From NCBI GenBank assembly GCA_964016885.1, contig OZ024755.1:11966001-12030000 (forward strand): DNA of 64,000 bases, in the 5' to 3' direction. The notes beneath the pieces were generated by a model. That model made no database searches. It saw nothing but the letters and a program-made list of their open reading frames with translations, and was not told the DNA's origin. Origin of the DNA: Eledone cirrhosa (Eukaryota). The position numbers and the translations under genes are program-made. Below are positions 40,930 through 54,225 of this stretch, one piece after another; the first letter of the stretch is position 1, and each line of letters opens with the position of its first letter.

Positions 40930-41012
40930 CCTATTACCCACTCTACTACTCTAAGTATTGAGTACTCTGGTGCGTTATGGTCCATCTGGTTCCTTACCAC
41001 ACTTCCTTTGTT
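40930..41012. mobile_element. Second copy of the (TA)n-associated insert seen at 21371-21455 (opposite orientation)
   Basis: cctattacccactctactactctaagtattgagtactctggtgcgttatggtccatctggttccttaccacacttcctttgtta, followed by TA repeats. Confidence 0.75.
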
Positions 41013-43663
41013 ATATATGTATGTATATACATATATATATATACTATTGTAAGTATTAACCTCTTTAAGAACATAATTAATTATTACTAACAAGGACAGG
41101 GCTTTAATCTAGTTTACTAGATATATTTTAGTTGTTTTTTACATGATGTTTTTACTGGTGAGGTTCAGTTAGAACTAACTACTTTACACTAAATTGTTTT
41201 TCTTATATTCAAAATGTTCATTTAGTTCCTAAATCCTCCTATGTGTCGAGAAACTCTCATAGTATTATAGTAGATTAAATATGTTTCTTTCTTTATTTTT
41301 CTATTTACTACAAAATTATTAGAACGGTGAATTAGCAGAATCCATAGAGCTTTCGACAGAATAATTTGCAATATTCGTGTCGGCTCTCTGCGGCCGGTGA
41401 TCAAACTCTACCGAGAGCCACTTTGGCTTTCATCATTTAGAGATCGATAAATAAAATGTCAATCCAAACTGGAATCGACTCCGCCTCTATTTCAAGTCCT
41501 CTTACCTCTTTCTCTAGCAGTAGTAATCAGTTGTGTACATAGATTGAGCGAGGGGGGGTTCTACTTTAAGTTTAAAATCCCAAAGACACGCCATATATCA
41601 CGACGGCACCTCACACGTTATAGGTACAGATGACTGTAAAACTTTCAACCACTTGCACGTTTTGTACGCATTATGAGGCAGTGTATTATGAACAGATAAT
41701 GTTCCCGTCACTAACCCGTCGCCTCTTGCAACATGCATAGTTATTATGTACCATTTTCTAAATTGGATACATGGTTATTGTAGTACAACGATAAGAGATA
41801 AATAGTCTCATTGCACCCTTGCCTATTTACACAAATATATTACCTGTTATCAGAATTAAGAAAAATGTAACTGCACAACTGAAATTCGAACCTGTGTCGC
41901 AAATCTAGGCTCACAGGAAGATTTCCAAGGTTCTAATTTATCGTACATAGGCGTCAAATTGGCAAAATCGGTAGGACGTCGGAAAGCATGCTTGATTTAA
42001 TCAACTTTGCTCTTACCCCAAATTTACTGGCCTTGTGCCTCAACGAGAAATCAATTTTACAGTATTGAGAACCTTTCCCACGGTGTAACTCTGGAAGTGA
42101 TAGGGTACGAACCTTCGACCTCAGCTATCAGTAAGATGCAAAGTTTATAGACTCGGCTATCTTCACAGCCAGTCTTTGTTATAGACCGAAATAAATCAAT
42201 GAAACAATCAAAGAACTCTGTGAATTATTAGATGATAAAAGCAGCAAAATAATAAAACCTCAAGTGGCTTTTTTACTTGGTGTTTTGTCATCAGATAGGA
42301 GGATTGGTTTGAAGGATGCAGATTTTTGTTGTGTGTGTGCGTATTTTTGTCTCTTGTTTTTTGTTCTTTTTCTGAATACAAATAAATTCAATATTCAATC
42401 AATTAAGATTCTCTTGGAACAGATGTAAATAAATCAACTTGGGTTCGATGCTATCAAGGCTCGAAAGAAACATTAAAGAAACAAAACAAAAAAGACCCAG
42501 GCAAATATGAACAGATATAGCAAAACAAAGCACAAAAAAGCGAAAAATATATATAAATGAAAGCTGAGTAGTTCTAAGGTGAAATTTTCATCAAAGTGTA
42601 ACATAATATTTTTAAAATATCAAACAAATGGGAAGAAGGGTTTCAGTAGAACAGAAAGTAAATGAAGAGAGAAAGAAGGAAAGTAAGTGAAGAAACAAAG
42701 AAAGAATGAATGAAAAATGATAGAAAGAAGGTAAGAAAGAAAGATAAAGATGTGGAAGATGAGAGGGGATGAGAGAGGAAGAACTCAGACATGTTCCAAT
42801 AAATATATATTGACTAAAGAAATTAATTCATTGCATCAGATTATACATTAAATATTGCATTGAGTGTCGTTTGAAACGAAAACATCAAGTGCAATAAATG
42901 AGGTAAAAGATCATCGAAATAAACGAGAATAAAATGAAGAACAAAATAGAAGGAAATGAAGAACAAACTAGAGAGAAAGAAATAATAAAATGGAAATAAA
43001 TAAATAATTTATCAAATAAAAAATGCATCAACTTTCCCACTGGAAGTGTACACTTTTTTATTTTTGCTTTGCTTTGCCATTTCTAGTTTAGGGTTTTCTA
43101 TTTGTTCCTTGGTATTTCACATGTTTTTGTTTTTAACCCTTTCCCCTCTAATATTCAATGAAGTCAGCCCAATGTCAACATGACCTAGTGAATGAAGCTA
43201 GAAAAACGCCAAGCACAAATTACAGAAGAAGACACACAACCATTGCATTGCGAGCAGAGAGTACTGGACTAAGCTGAATAATTGATTTTTCTATATGAAG
43301 GGGTGGCTGTTTAGGCACCAAAATTCTTCATCGGTAAGGCAGCTTGTTGAATAGCCAAGTAGCTCCCCACCTTCCATCGCCGAGGCGGCCTATTACCAAA
43401 AACTATCGAACAACTAACTAATGCATCGCACTATTTAGTCTCTCTCTCATTTCACTTGCGTCATTTAATGACTATGAGAATGACATGAATGCCACAACTT
43501 CTACCTTCTCTCTCCTAATTCATTTGATACCGACCCAGTCAAAACTGATTCTTGTTTTATGAAACAAAACCACATATTTTAAAGAGTGCCTATTTAAATT
43601 AAAATTTTCCAATATTATTTTATATAACAACCATATGTTAAGTTACTATCTTAGTAATGAAAT

Positions 43664-43853
43664 AATTGTTTCTACTTTAGGCACAAGGCCAGCAATTACC
43701 CAGTGCATTACTGGTACTTTATTTTATCGACCCCGTAAGGATGAAAAGCAAAGTCAACCTCGGCGGGATTTGAACTCAGATCGTAAAGGGACGTAACTAT
43801 GCTGGAAAGCATGGCGTCCGACCCTCTACCGATACTGCCAATCCACCACCCTT
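43664..43853 (-). mobile_element. SINE family A, young short form with a clear TSD
   Basis: cttagtaatgaaataat occurs on both sides (43650-43666 and 43851-43867). A box tggcagtatcgg and B box gagttcaaatcc are on the minus strand. Confidence 0.92.
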
Positions 43854-44629
43854 AGTAATGAAATAATAAATCATTTTAGTAACAAACGATAACAGCCCGA
43901 ATCAATCAATGAAATGTTACGTTCTTTCGTAGATGTTGCCTCATGGTCCCACTTGGCCCCAAACCCGCTCATGTTCTCAGAAACAAAACCACGCGTTTAA
44001 AGGGTTCCTATTTAAATTAAATTTTTCTAATATGATTTAATATAAGAACTATATGTTAACTTATTGTCTTTGTAGTAAATCACTCAAAATTATTCCTTAA
44101 TTGAAATAGTGTGTGTGAACCAGAAACTACTGGTAGTTGTACCGACGCCGTAGTTGCGTATGGCGTTCCATGGGCAGATAAAATCTGATGGATCCCATCC
44201 TCTCTCCAGGTATGAACTTAGTCAATTTCTTGTAGAGAAGGGGCAAGGATGATAAAAAAACCAAAAAGATATAGAGAAAAAGAATCGACCCCAGTACTGA
44301 TCTGATACTTTTTTTTATCGATCTCGAAATGATGAAAGGCAAAATTGACCTCAGGACGCAGAGAGAATAACGCAAAACTAAACGTCTCGTGTATTTCATT
44401 AGAAATATGGTCATCATCATCATCATCATCATTTCATTTTACGTCCGCTTTTCCCTGCTTGCAAGGGTGGAACGGGAACTGATTCTGGCTTGGTTTCTAC
44501 AGTTGAATGCCCTTCCTAACACCAACCTCATTTACAGTGAGTGCAGGGTGCTTTTTTGCCGTGGCACCTCCACGACCACTTTGCAGTGGAATGATAGGGA
44601 CCCCAGTCCCTATCATCTCATTTCTACAG

Positions 44630-44760
44630 CTGAGTAAACTGGAGCAATGTGAAATAAAGTGTCTTGCTCAAGGAAACAACACATCACCCGGTCTGAGAAT
44701 TGAACTCACAACCTTTCGATTGCAAGGCCAATGCTCTAACCACTAAGCCATGTGCCTCCA
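44630..44760 (-). mobile_element. SINE family B head
   Basis: ctggagcaatgtgaaataaagtgtcttgctcaagg...gaattgaactc...ctctaaccactaagcca. Similar copies lie at 20500-20610, 36200-36310 and 54240-54330. Confidence 0.8.
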
Positions 44761-45119
44761 TGGATAGGTAAATTTCGGACCTAAGAAAACGAAGACAATA
44801 GTAATCCGGTTTCACTATTTTCAAACTTCGAATTCTGTATATATTCCTTTACTTTAACAGTGAGGCTGAACCTGAAACGACCTGGTTGCGAATTTATTTC
44901 GCTTTTCATTTGTCTGTAGTAGATAATTATAAGTACCAGTTGTTTAATGAGATTGGTTCAATCCATTATAGATAGGCTTCCCTCTTCATTTTCAGCCTAG
45001 AAACAATCAACATTACGTCATCACTGAAAATTGGTATCGTACATTCATTTGTACTAGATATATGTAAATATTATTTGTTAGTTCTTTTCATGTATTCCTT
45101 TCTGTTTTGGAAAGTAACA

Positions 45120-45440
45120 GCCCCTTTGTCACCGTCAAACCTAATTATATATAGTCTCAATGTGATATCTGTCTTCGTAAAAAACGAAGAGATAGTGTGT
45201 CTGTGTAATATTTGTCTCCGTCCAACAAAAAGTGATATTGTGTCCGTGTGGTGTTTATCTCCGTCAAACATGAACATATTGTGTCAGTGTGATATTTGTC
45301 TCCGACAAATATGAGGGTAGATTATGTAGGCCTGTTCCTATTTTTCTTCCGAAATATAAAATGATATTGTGTATCAGAGTTATTTATGACTTCATCAAAC
45401 GTGAAGAAATATTGACAGAGCTACTGCTACAATATTTGTC
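45120..45440. repeat. Degenerate ~45-50-bp tandem repeat
   Basis: Recurring (at)atttgtctccgtcaaac core, about 6-7 diverged copies. Confidence 0.65.
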
Positions 45441-46913
45441 CCCCTTCTCCCAAATAAAGTAACTTTTTATTTACTTTCTCTGATAATACCAAGAAAATTC
45501 TCGTAAATTAACATGGAATTGGTTAGTATGCCACATGTTCTATCTACCCTTAACATAATTCCCAAGCTGAAGTCGAATCAGTACGTCACAATTAGTGACA
45601 AAGGAAAGTGGACTTTGTCACATGAGATTGATTTCTATCTACAAATCTCACAAGTCATTGAGCAAAATGCCACGCAGTGCGATTCAACACAGAATCTCTT
45701 GATCGCTAAACCAACTTCTTAATCATACAGCCATACCTGCTATGTTCATATTTTAACATATGTAGAAGGAACTAATAAAAGAGTCATTTGTCAAGTAAAG
45801 CCGCATGCGAGAGATTGAATCTCCACCATGCCACGAATTATGTGATTGCGAATCGGACCATAACCCCTCAGCCATGTCTCCGATGCTTCGAAAATACTAC
45901 TGGATTACTGAAATAGAAAATAACCCGATTTCAACGTATTCATGACAATCCCAGGCCCCAACAATAGTTGAGCCCATTGTAGGGTATGATTGAGGGGTAC
46001 TTAAGTACTATTTCTGGTGACTTAAATGACGATGAAAAGGTTTCGTCAGAATTTATCTAGTGACCTCAAAGTTCAAATCACGTATCTCAATTTTTACTAT
46101 TTATATCTTCCTTTATATTTGGGAATTACTGGTTAGGGTGTACGGCTGACAAACGTAAGGTTGTATGATCAATTCTCGACGGCGAGTTGTATCCTTGATA
46201 CGACACTTTACTTCACGTTGCTCTAGTTCACCCAACAGGCAAAACTCAGTTGTACTTGTTGAAAAAGGAGCCAGACTTGTAGCCCTTGAATATCACTGAG
46301 AGGTGCATTGTCTATGGAATACTCAGTCACTTGCACGATCATGTCACAGGCAAGCTGTTCTGTTGGTCAAATAAGACACACGGCGTCGTAACAAGAGGAT
46401 GTCCAAAAACAAAAGGATTGTTTTATTGCAAAGCGAAGTTCATAAACCCCGACTTTCACTCAGGTCACACTATTAAAGTATCAAACGAGAGATAGTATCC
46501 ACACCATGACACGAAATTTAAAATTGTAAGGGGAACTTTGGCCAGATTGCATAGTAGGGAGTGATTGAGTGGCAGTTAACTGCTATTTCTGGCAGGTTGA
46601 GGGATGATGTAAAGCTCCTTTCACAATTTACTCAGAGAGGATAAGTTCCCATTGCGTAATTTACTGTTTGCTATTTATTACATACTATTTATTTATTAAT
46701 TCTGTAAGTGCTCGATGGCAGAGGGGATAGGATATTGCACTAACAGCTCATAAATCGCTACCAGTCGTTCTGTTTCGGGGCTTTAACACTTTATTTCACG
46801 TTGCTTCACTTCATCTAACATTCATCTGGGAATGCTATCTACCAGAACTACAAGATTTATATTTTATCCGCTTTACAACATCAACATAATCAATGTATGT
46901 ATGCATGTTATAA

Positions 46914-46946
<33 letters not shown>

Positions 46947-47940
46947 GGTAGGTAGGTATATATATGTATATATATGAAGTTTCTATAAAATATATAAACG
47001 TAAATATATTTAGTGGGCGGTATTTTGAGTGTTCCAGTAGATGAAAAAAGTAAAATATATATACTGTTGCCTGAATGTAGGGTTATAATCACCAAAGCAA
47101 GAGCCCTCAATATGTAAAAACATAGAGGTAAATATAATACGTGTATAAATATACACCATGCTATATGCACAATGTAGTAGCAATACATAAAGCAAGTGCA
47201 TAGTGTGCATTAAATATTTTTGCGCAACAGGATGTAGTCTAGACGTGAACTAGATGAAACACTAGGACACTAGATGCAGCAGTAGTAACCTGACCTATTT
47301 TCTTATTCTGCTTGCATATCCTTTGCAGAATAAAAACCTGCTCGATGTATTCAGTTCATATAAAGCAACGAACCTAACTTTGATAACCTCTTGAGGACAC
47401 TATGTACATAAACTACTTTCTTAGCTGTAGCTACTTGCTTTTATTCTCGTATAAGCGGCGAATTGGTAGAGTTGTTAGAGCGTAGGAATTTGTTTTGGCC
47501 CACTGCGTTCTGAGTTCAAATCGCCAGGCCTTTAATTATTTTAGGGTCGAAGAATAAAGTATTAGTCCAAGGGCTCTTATTTTATATGGATTTGTTGGAA
47601 GGGTAAAAGGAGAGAGCCGATCGTCGGAATAAATGCCTTTGTATTTATTGCAGCTTTCTGCACACTGAGTTCAAATTCTGCCGTTGTCAACTAAGGTCTT
47701 AATCTTTCCAAAGTCAAAGAATATTATACCAGTCCAGTGAGAAGAGGATTGGTAGATTTGTTAAAGAATCAGACGAGCTATTATGCGGCATCTAAAGTAG
47801 TTCCAAGCGCTCCGAGCTCTAATTAAACCCACCTCCCTCTGCCAAGAGTTGCAACCGACAGATACTGTTGGTAATTGAAACATTGTTTCCGCGATCTGAT
47901 CTATATTCTTTTCATTTCATTTTTTTATTCTTATCCTGGT

Positions 47941-48078
47941 TTCAGTCATGAAACGTCGGTCATGAAACGTTCAGTCATGAAACGTCGGTCATGAAACGTT
48001 CAGTCATGAAACGTCGGTCATGAAACGTTCAGTCATGAAACGTCGGTCATGAAACGTTCAGTCATGAAACGTCGGTCA
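47941..48078. repeat. 29-bp minisatellite (ttcagtcatgaaacgtcggtcatgaaacg), ~4.7 copies
   Basis: Perfect copies made of alternating 15- and 14-bp subunits. Confidence 0.95.
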
Positions 48079-48714
48079 CATTAGAGCAACGCCTTAAATG
48101 AATTTAGTCGATCATATCAGTACTTCCATTTCTATGGAAACGCTAAGATAGGGTAAAGAAGCACAACACAGATGTATGTGTGTATATATAGTCAGTGGTA
48201 AAACAACAACTATCTACCTATGTGTTTATCGTAGGACAATAAAAGTAACATCTATCTACTTATCCATCTATTTGTCAGCTTGTCTAACTACTTAACACTA
48301 CATTATTTAACTATGTACCTATTTCTGCTAATCAATATCTCTGTCTATATATCTATTTACCTATCTGTTATAAATTTATGTATATTTACGAATGCAACTA
48401 TTTTTGGATAAAAACAACAAAACACAAATCCAAACAGACAGACATATAGACAGAGAAGGTAAATAAGGTAGGTAGTTAGGTAAAACAAAGTCAATCTAAG
48501 TTAGTAGACATGTTTTATAAGGATTAAATGAAATATAGAAGAAAATTATTGTAATTGATTTAAATGAATGCAAAACGAAATACGACGATGACCGGAGTGA
48601 AAAAAAGAAGATCAAGGAAAATCAAGGATTCAAGCATCTTTTCATAGAATGTAGTAATCAATGAATTATTATTATTATTATTTTAATAATATGATGTGTT
48701 TCAGCAATTTCTGT

Positions 48715-48845
48715 CTCCCAAATTCCACTCAGAAGGCAAATTGTCAACCTGAGGCTATAGTAGAAGACACTTGCCTAAAGTATCAAGTGGAGATGAACTC
48801 TGAACCACGTTGCTGCGAGCGAGCGCCTTTACCACAAAGCCATGT
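48715..48845 (-). mobile_element. tRNA-derived SINE, family C
   Basis: gaggctatagtagaagacacttgcc...gaac...ttaccacaaagcca. Related copies lie at 37830-37920, 55530-55645 and 56925-57030. Confidence 0.7.
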
Positions 48846-49479
48846 CTATAATTTTATTTAGTTTAGTATAGTTTTTTTGTTAAGCTCTGAAGGCGAGACT
48901 TTTATACATTGCAGCTGAATATGGCTTAATTTGCTGCAACTGCACCAACAGCAACAACAAAGACGACAAAGTAAATAGAATTGCTTGGTGCAACCTTCTA
49001 CTGTTTAAGTGTGCATCGTCTGTAGTTATGTTGAAGCAAAGCAAGACAAAATGTCATTACAACACGAAGTGGTTTTCATGACAATTACTTCACAAGCTGT
49101 GTGACCTACCAGCCAACTGGAATGCTAACGAACAAAAGATATTCATTGCAATATGTTTGCTTTTTTTGTTTGTTCGTATTTTATTTTATTCTGTTTTTAT
49201 TTTGTTGTTTTTGCTGTGTGTAGTAAGTGAAATGACTGCATAACTGAAAAACAATTTCATACATTTTGTGTGAACGCCAAAGAGTTAATGTGCAAGCTGT
49301 TAGCAAGTTTTTCAAGTTTGCGACACCATTCCCATTGATGGTCGGTACCAATAATACAATTTGGTGGATAACTTGTGACTGCCAAGCTGATTGTTATCTG
49401 TGGAGCAGTGACGGTTTCTTTCCCCCATTCCCTCACAGGAGACTTAATTATCCAATATCATATAAGGCTTTGCCGCATA

Positions 49480-49617
49480 GAGTTACGGCCCTTGCCATTC
49501 TGAGTTCAAATCCCGCCGAGGTTAACTTTGCCTTTCATCCATACGGGGTCGATAAAATCAAGTACCAGTAATGTACTAGGTAATTGCTGGCCTTGTGTCA
49601 AAAAGTAGAAACAATTA
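49480..49617 (+). mobile_element. SINE family A, 5'-truncated
   Basis: ctgagttcaaatcccgccgaggttaactttgcctttcatcc...ggccttgtgtcaaaaagtagaaacaatta. Confidence 0.88.
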
Positions 49618-49800
49618 TATATTACATGAATGGAAAGGCGCTTGTCTTAGTAGTTAGGGTATTGGATTTGCTCGCAAGGCACTATTTCATGCTGTTCCAT
49701 TTCACTCAGTTGGCAAAAATATGTTGCAATGTCACTGACGCCAAGCTGTGTGTTAGCCTCTAGTTTCCCTTGGTCAACATCATATATAGTGGATTTAGTG

Positions 49801-49854
<54 letters not shown>

Positions 49855-49862
49855 CAATAGGG

Positions 49863-49940
<78 letters not shown>

Positions 49941-49942
<2 letters not shown>

Positions 49943-51020
49943 TAGCAGAGGTATCCGGCGTTGCTCGGGTATTAAATAGCAGTTGTGTAAACCATTTATG
50001 TCAATACTTCAGTGCTGCTTCGAAAACTATACTTTTACAAAAGCATCGGCTTTTTCCAAAAGGGGGTTCCTGCCCCCAGGGGTCTCCTACTCAATAGATG
50101 CCAATTCTGAGAGTTCCCCAGGGGTCCTCTACTCAATATGTGCCAATTCTGAGAGTTTCATTCATCTGTAGGACATGTGTCAAGTTTTGTGAAAATCGGT
50201 TGCGAACTCAAGAAATTATGACGTCTTGTTGCATTGCACTGCAGTGCTTCAGTCGACTCCAAGGATGTGGTTAAAGGGAGGCCCTATAATCAATATCTGG
50301 AAAAGTGAAAGTGCCCATGACCATCCGGAGTACATAAGTAACCTATGTCTTAAGTTAGGTGAAAATACTGTAGAAATGCATAAGGTTTATACATACGCGC
50401 GCGCGCGCGTGTGTGTGTGTTTGTGGGTGTGTATGTATTTGTGTGTGCGCATGTGTGTGTATGTCCGTCGGAGCATACGTATGTACTGGCCTAAATCTTC
50501 ACTATTTACTTTTACTATTTTAATAACCTCTGTCATTTTCGTTTCAATTTTATTTACATCATTCTTAAACTCCGGGGCTGGAAATCATTCTGTTATTTTA
50601 AATAGAATATTAGTCTAACGACTCCATTTATACCATAAACTTGGTCTTGTCTTTGCATGAAATTGTTCTTACCGCTCCACATAACGACGTATTATCCTCG
50701 CTTTTTTTTCGTTCATTGCCAGGGAACGTCTTCACGAACCAAAATATCGTCTTCCTGTTTTCCTTCGGTTGCAACGTTTCTCGAAATATTTACTTCTGCG
50801 TTCACAGATTACTCTCAGTTCAATTTGAATGGGAAATTCCTGTTTCATCGATTTTCTCCGTAACCATGGAAGCTTGTGGCTTGATAGTCGAGCCAACGCC
50901 TCCTCAGGTCATTCTGCATAACTGTGTAAATTTTCGCTGCATTCCACCAAGCCGTTTCGACGTTTATCCGACTACACCTACATATACAACGTCCGACCAC
51001 TTCCAATTTATATAGTAGAT
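49941..51020 (+). mobile_element. Non-autonomous Helitron/Helentron (HINE, DINE-1-like) element
   Basis: Starts ACTAG followed by the hairpin ccggcgttgctcggg. Has the internal core aagttttgtgaaaatcggttgc and ends acatacatac-like...tttatatagtagat. There is an internal ~40-bp duplication at 50074-50157. Confidence 0.7.
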
Positions 51021-52229
51021 ATATCTTCGTGCGTGTTTGTGTGCTAAATTGTTAAACTGGTAGAGGCCAAGATGTGTGACCAACAATATTCCCATTTATT
51101 ATCACGCCCAGACTCTCGGCATTTGATAAAACCCCATTATTCGTCTGTATACGCCTGATGGATTAAGTCAGAAGATGAAGCGCTACTCATGACTTAGATG
51201 GGCGAAACATTTTTGCAGGCACTTACAAAAAATACCAGTTTCAGTAGGGTGCCCTGATTTTATCAAGGTGATGGCCCTTCATCCCTATGTTACATAAATA
51301 TTTCATCTCACACTTGCGTAGTTTTAGCTGACCTCCAAAGGGCTTGCATCTCATAGAATATTTCTTTGTGATTTCACGGAAAAAACCCCATGGTAGAAAT
51401 TGTCCGATACCGGGAGACAGGAGTTGAACTCAGAACGCACTGAACCGGAACAAACAACGGAATACATCCCGTCCAATGCTGAAAGAATGGACGTGTGCTT
51501 TGTTGGTCTTGGCTGGATTTTAATTCAGAATGAAAATAGCCGTAACATATGCTGCAAGACATTTAATCCAACGCTATAATGACCGCCATTTTGAACGTCT
51601 ATATTTAGGTTTATTGCTCTTGCTTTTATACACTCATGCAAATATACATGTGTGTATGAGTGCAACTATAAATTTATTTTACGTGAATATATTTTTAACT
51701 TTCTCGCAGGTTCTGTAACCTGTTAAAAAACAGTTTATATAAAGATATGGCCCATGTTCCAAGAAATACAACGCTTTAACTTGATCGCTACCGATAAGAT
51801 AGAACACTGGTCAAGTACTGTGCCAAAATAAGAAACCATTGTGATAAATAAGAAACCATTGTGATAATTATATGTTAATTCATTCTCTATCCGCGCAAAA
51901 TGTGTTTCCTTCTCATCGTAAAATATAAATAGCTTGCCTCTTTTTCGTTTTTGCAACAAGAGCAACACCGGTAACACTGAACACGAAGAATGCAAATAGA
52001 ATGGCACCAACACTGCCATCGTTACCTTAAACGAAGAGCTAGCTGAGAAAAACAACACCAAACACCTCAAACATCGCTTCTTCAGCTGAGTCAGTAGCCT
52101 TACCTCCAGCAACAATAACATTAACAAAGGCTAAAACAGCACGGCTGCTGGAACTAACTTTTGTCAGGTGCAGTAAGATACACAGAACAACATACTTTAC
52201 AAAGGGAACAATTAGGAGAAGCAATATAA

Positions 52230-52600
52230 CTCGGCAGACCAATTACCCTAATTATCCTCTTCGGGGCCATGGAAAGCGTCAAGTTGCAAGGTAATATGCA
52301 TACAATTTAAAAGTAAACGCAAAGAAAGTCCAACACTTGCACACGTAGAGTAATTCCCGAAAAAGTGTGAAAGAAAATATTCGTTTCTTGTGTGAAGTTT
52401 TATGAGAAGGAGATGGTTAGGTTCCTCACAGACCCGCTCCACTGCAGCGGTCAAGAGTGACAAATTCATCCTCGTTAAGTCCTACATTGGTTGGCGAGTG
52501 ACGATGGTGAGGTTGATAGATATACCACCAGAAATAGATATTTGTTGGATGGTGACAGCCATTTTGTTTGAGCAAGAAGAGGAATGAAGACGCATTGGCC
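52230..52600 (+). mobile_element. Decayed fragment, possibly Tx1/L1 ORF1
   Basis: Encodes KFILVKSYIGWRVTMVRLIDIPPEIDICWMVTAILFEQEEE*, reminiscent of the V....IP.E RRM segment of L1/Tx1 ORF1. Stops and frameshifts lie upstream. Confidence 0.4.
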
Positions 52601-52685
52601 TAGTACTAACTACTAGGCCATGCGTCTTCATTCCTCTTCTTCTTGCTCAAACAAAATGGCTGTCACCATCCAACAAATATCTATT
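52533..52685. repeat. Near-perfect ~73-bp inverted repeat with a 5-nt loop
   Basis: aatagatatttgttggatgg...ggcctagta-ctaac-tactaggcc...ccatccaacaaatatctatt. Confidence 0.92.
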
Positions 52686-53119
52686 AGCGAACTCCAGATT
52701 ATAGCCTCATAGTTTTGATTCCAAGGTGAGGTGACAGTATATCATTGAACAAAACACCTCAATCCACGTTGCTCTAGTTAACTTAGCTACGTGTTGGGCG
52801 GGTATCTCGCTTTATATTATCAGTCTATTAATGACCGTGAGATCGGGATGGATTCGACCAACCGGTGCAAGTATAGAAACCCGAATGTAAAATGACAACT
52901 AACTTACTAACTAACAAGAAAAGAAGCATATGAGAGCCCTTATTTGTTGCGCAAAAAATATTTGGTTGAAAACAGAGATAGAACTCTTGAGCTAAACAGA
53001 TTTGTTGTTGTTGCTTCAGATTCATTTTTCTTGCAACAACAACGGCAAACAGGAAGACAAAACAAAATTTTAAAAGTCACATGACTTTAATACGGTTAAT
53101 TAATTAATTGATTGACTGG

Positions 53120-53770
53120 AGCAACAACCAAACTGTCGCCACTACCAACAACAACAACACTACCGTCTCTGCCACCAACAACAGCAACACCCGTCATCAC
53201 GACCACCATCGACAACACCATTGTCACCATCACAAGCAACAACCCCCACAGCCACCACCACCAACAACAACAACACCACCATCACCACCAACAACAACAA
53301 CTCCATTGTCACCGCCACCGTCACCACCACCATCAACAACAAAACCACAGCCACCGACAACAACGCCACAAGCAGCAACAACAACCTCACAGTCGTCACC
53401 AACAGTAACACCGTAACCACCATTAGTAACACCACCGGAGTCGCCACCCTCAGCAACAACGCCACTATCACCACCACCACCACAATGACACGGACGTCGT
53501 CGCCAACACAACGACACAGGCGTCACCAGCAACACAACAAGACGACCGTCACCAGCACCAGTTGCAACACCGCTGTGACCACCACCCAGCAAAGTCACCC
53601 TCACTGACACCAACCTGTTGATTAGTTGACCGAATAATACTGCACGGAAAGAATACCACCTCCACCAACACCAACATTAATGATCAGTAACATCATCAAC
53701 AACAATAACCTCACCACCAACACCACCTCCACAACAACATCAACGCCACCAACTCCACCACTACTTCTAC
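53120..53770. repeat. (ACC/AAC)n low-complexity region
   Basis: Directly visible. Confidence 0.85.
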
Positions 53771-53964
53771 TCAGGCAATCAGTTGTTTAAGCACCAACAG
53801 CAACAACATAATGAAAAGCTGGAACCCAACCCCAATCTTATAGACTTGTCAAATGCCATCCAAATATCTGTGGTCGTTGACATGAGAAAAACCTCAGGTG
53901 ACATCTTGTTATATTATTACTGTTCTTTTGTGGGTTTATACCATTGCCTCATACGATGCTGTAT

Positions 53965-54225
53965 CACGTAGAAGCTTTCTCAGTTGTTTTAACGTCAGGG
54001 GCCTCAGTCCTGTCAAGTTGTTACAGTTGTTACATATGTAGGTTTAGCGTTCCTTCCAAGGGGCTGTATTTTACAGGAAGTTTCTCAGGTGTTTCAATGA
54101 TAGGGAGCACAGTTCTAACATGATGTTACAGCTCACACCTATGATGGTTTAGTTGGTCTCCTACGAAGTAGCATCCCATAGAATGTTTGTCATGTGTTTA
54201 AATGATAGAGGTCACAGTCCTATCG
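53965..54225. repeat. Degenerate ~105-bp tandem repeat, ~2.5 copies
   Basis: agaagctttctcagttgttttaa / aggaagtttctcaggtgtttcaa / agaatgtttgtcatgtgttttaa recur about 105 bp apart. Confidence 0.6.

Noticed and set aside
43664-43853. tRNA genes suggested by A/B boxes
   Set aside because: The boxes belong to SINE heads followed by SINE body and TSD, and no cloverleaf is evident.
53108-53613. Thr/His/Pro-rich ORFs (also 15577-16892 and 59023-59702)
   Set aside because: Low-complexity trinucleotide DNA open in several frames, with no splice or domain evidence.
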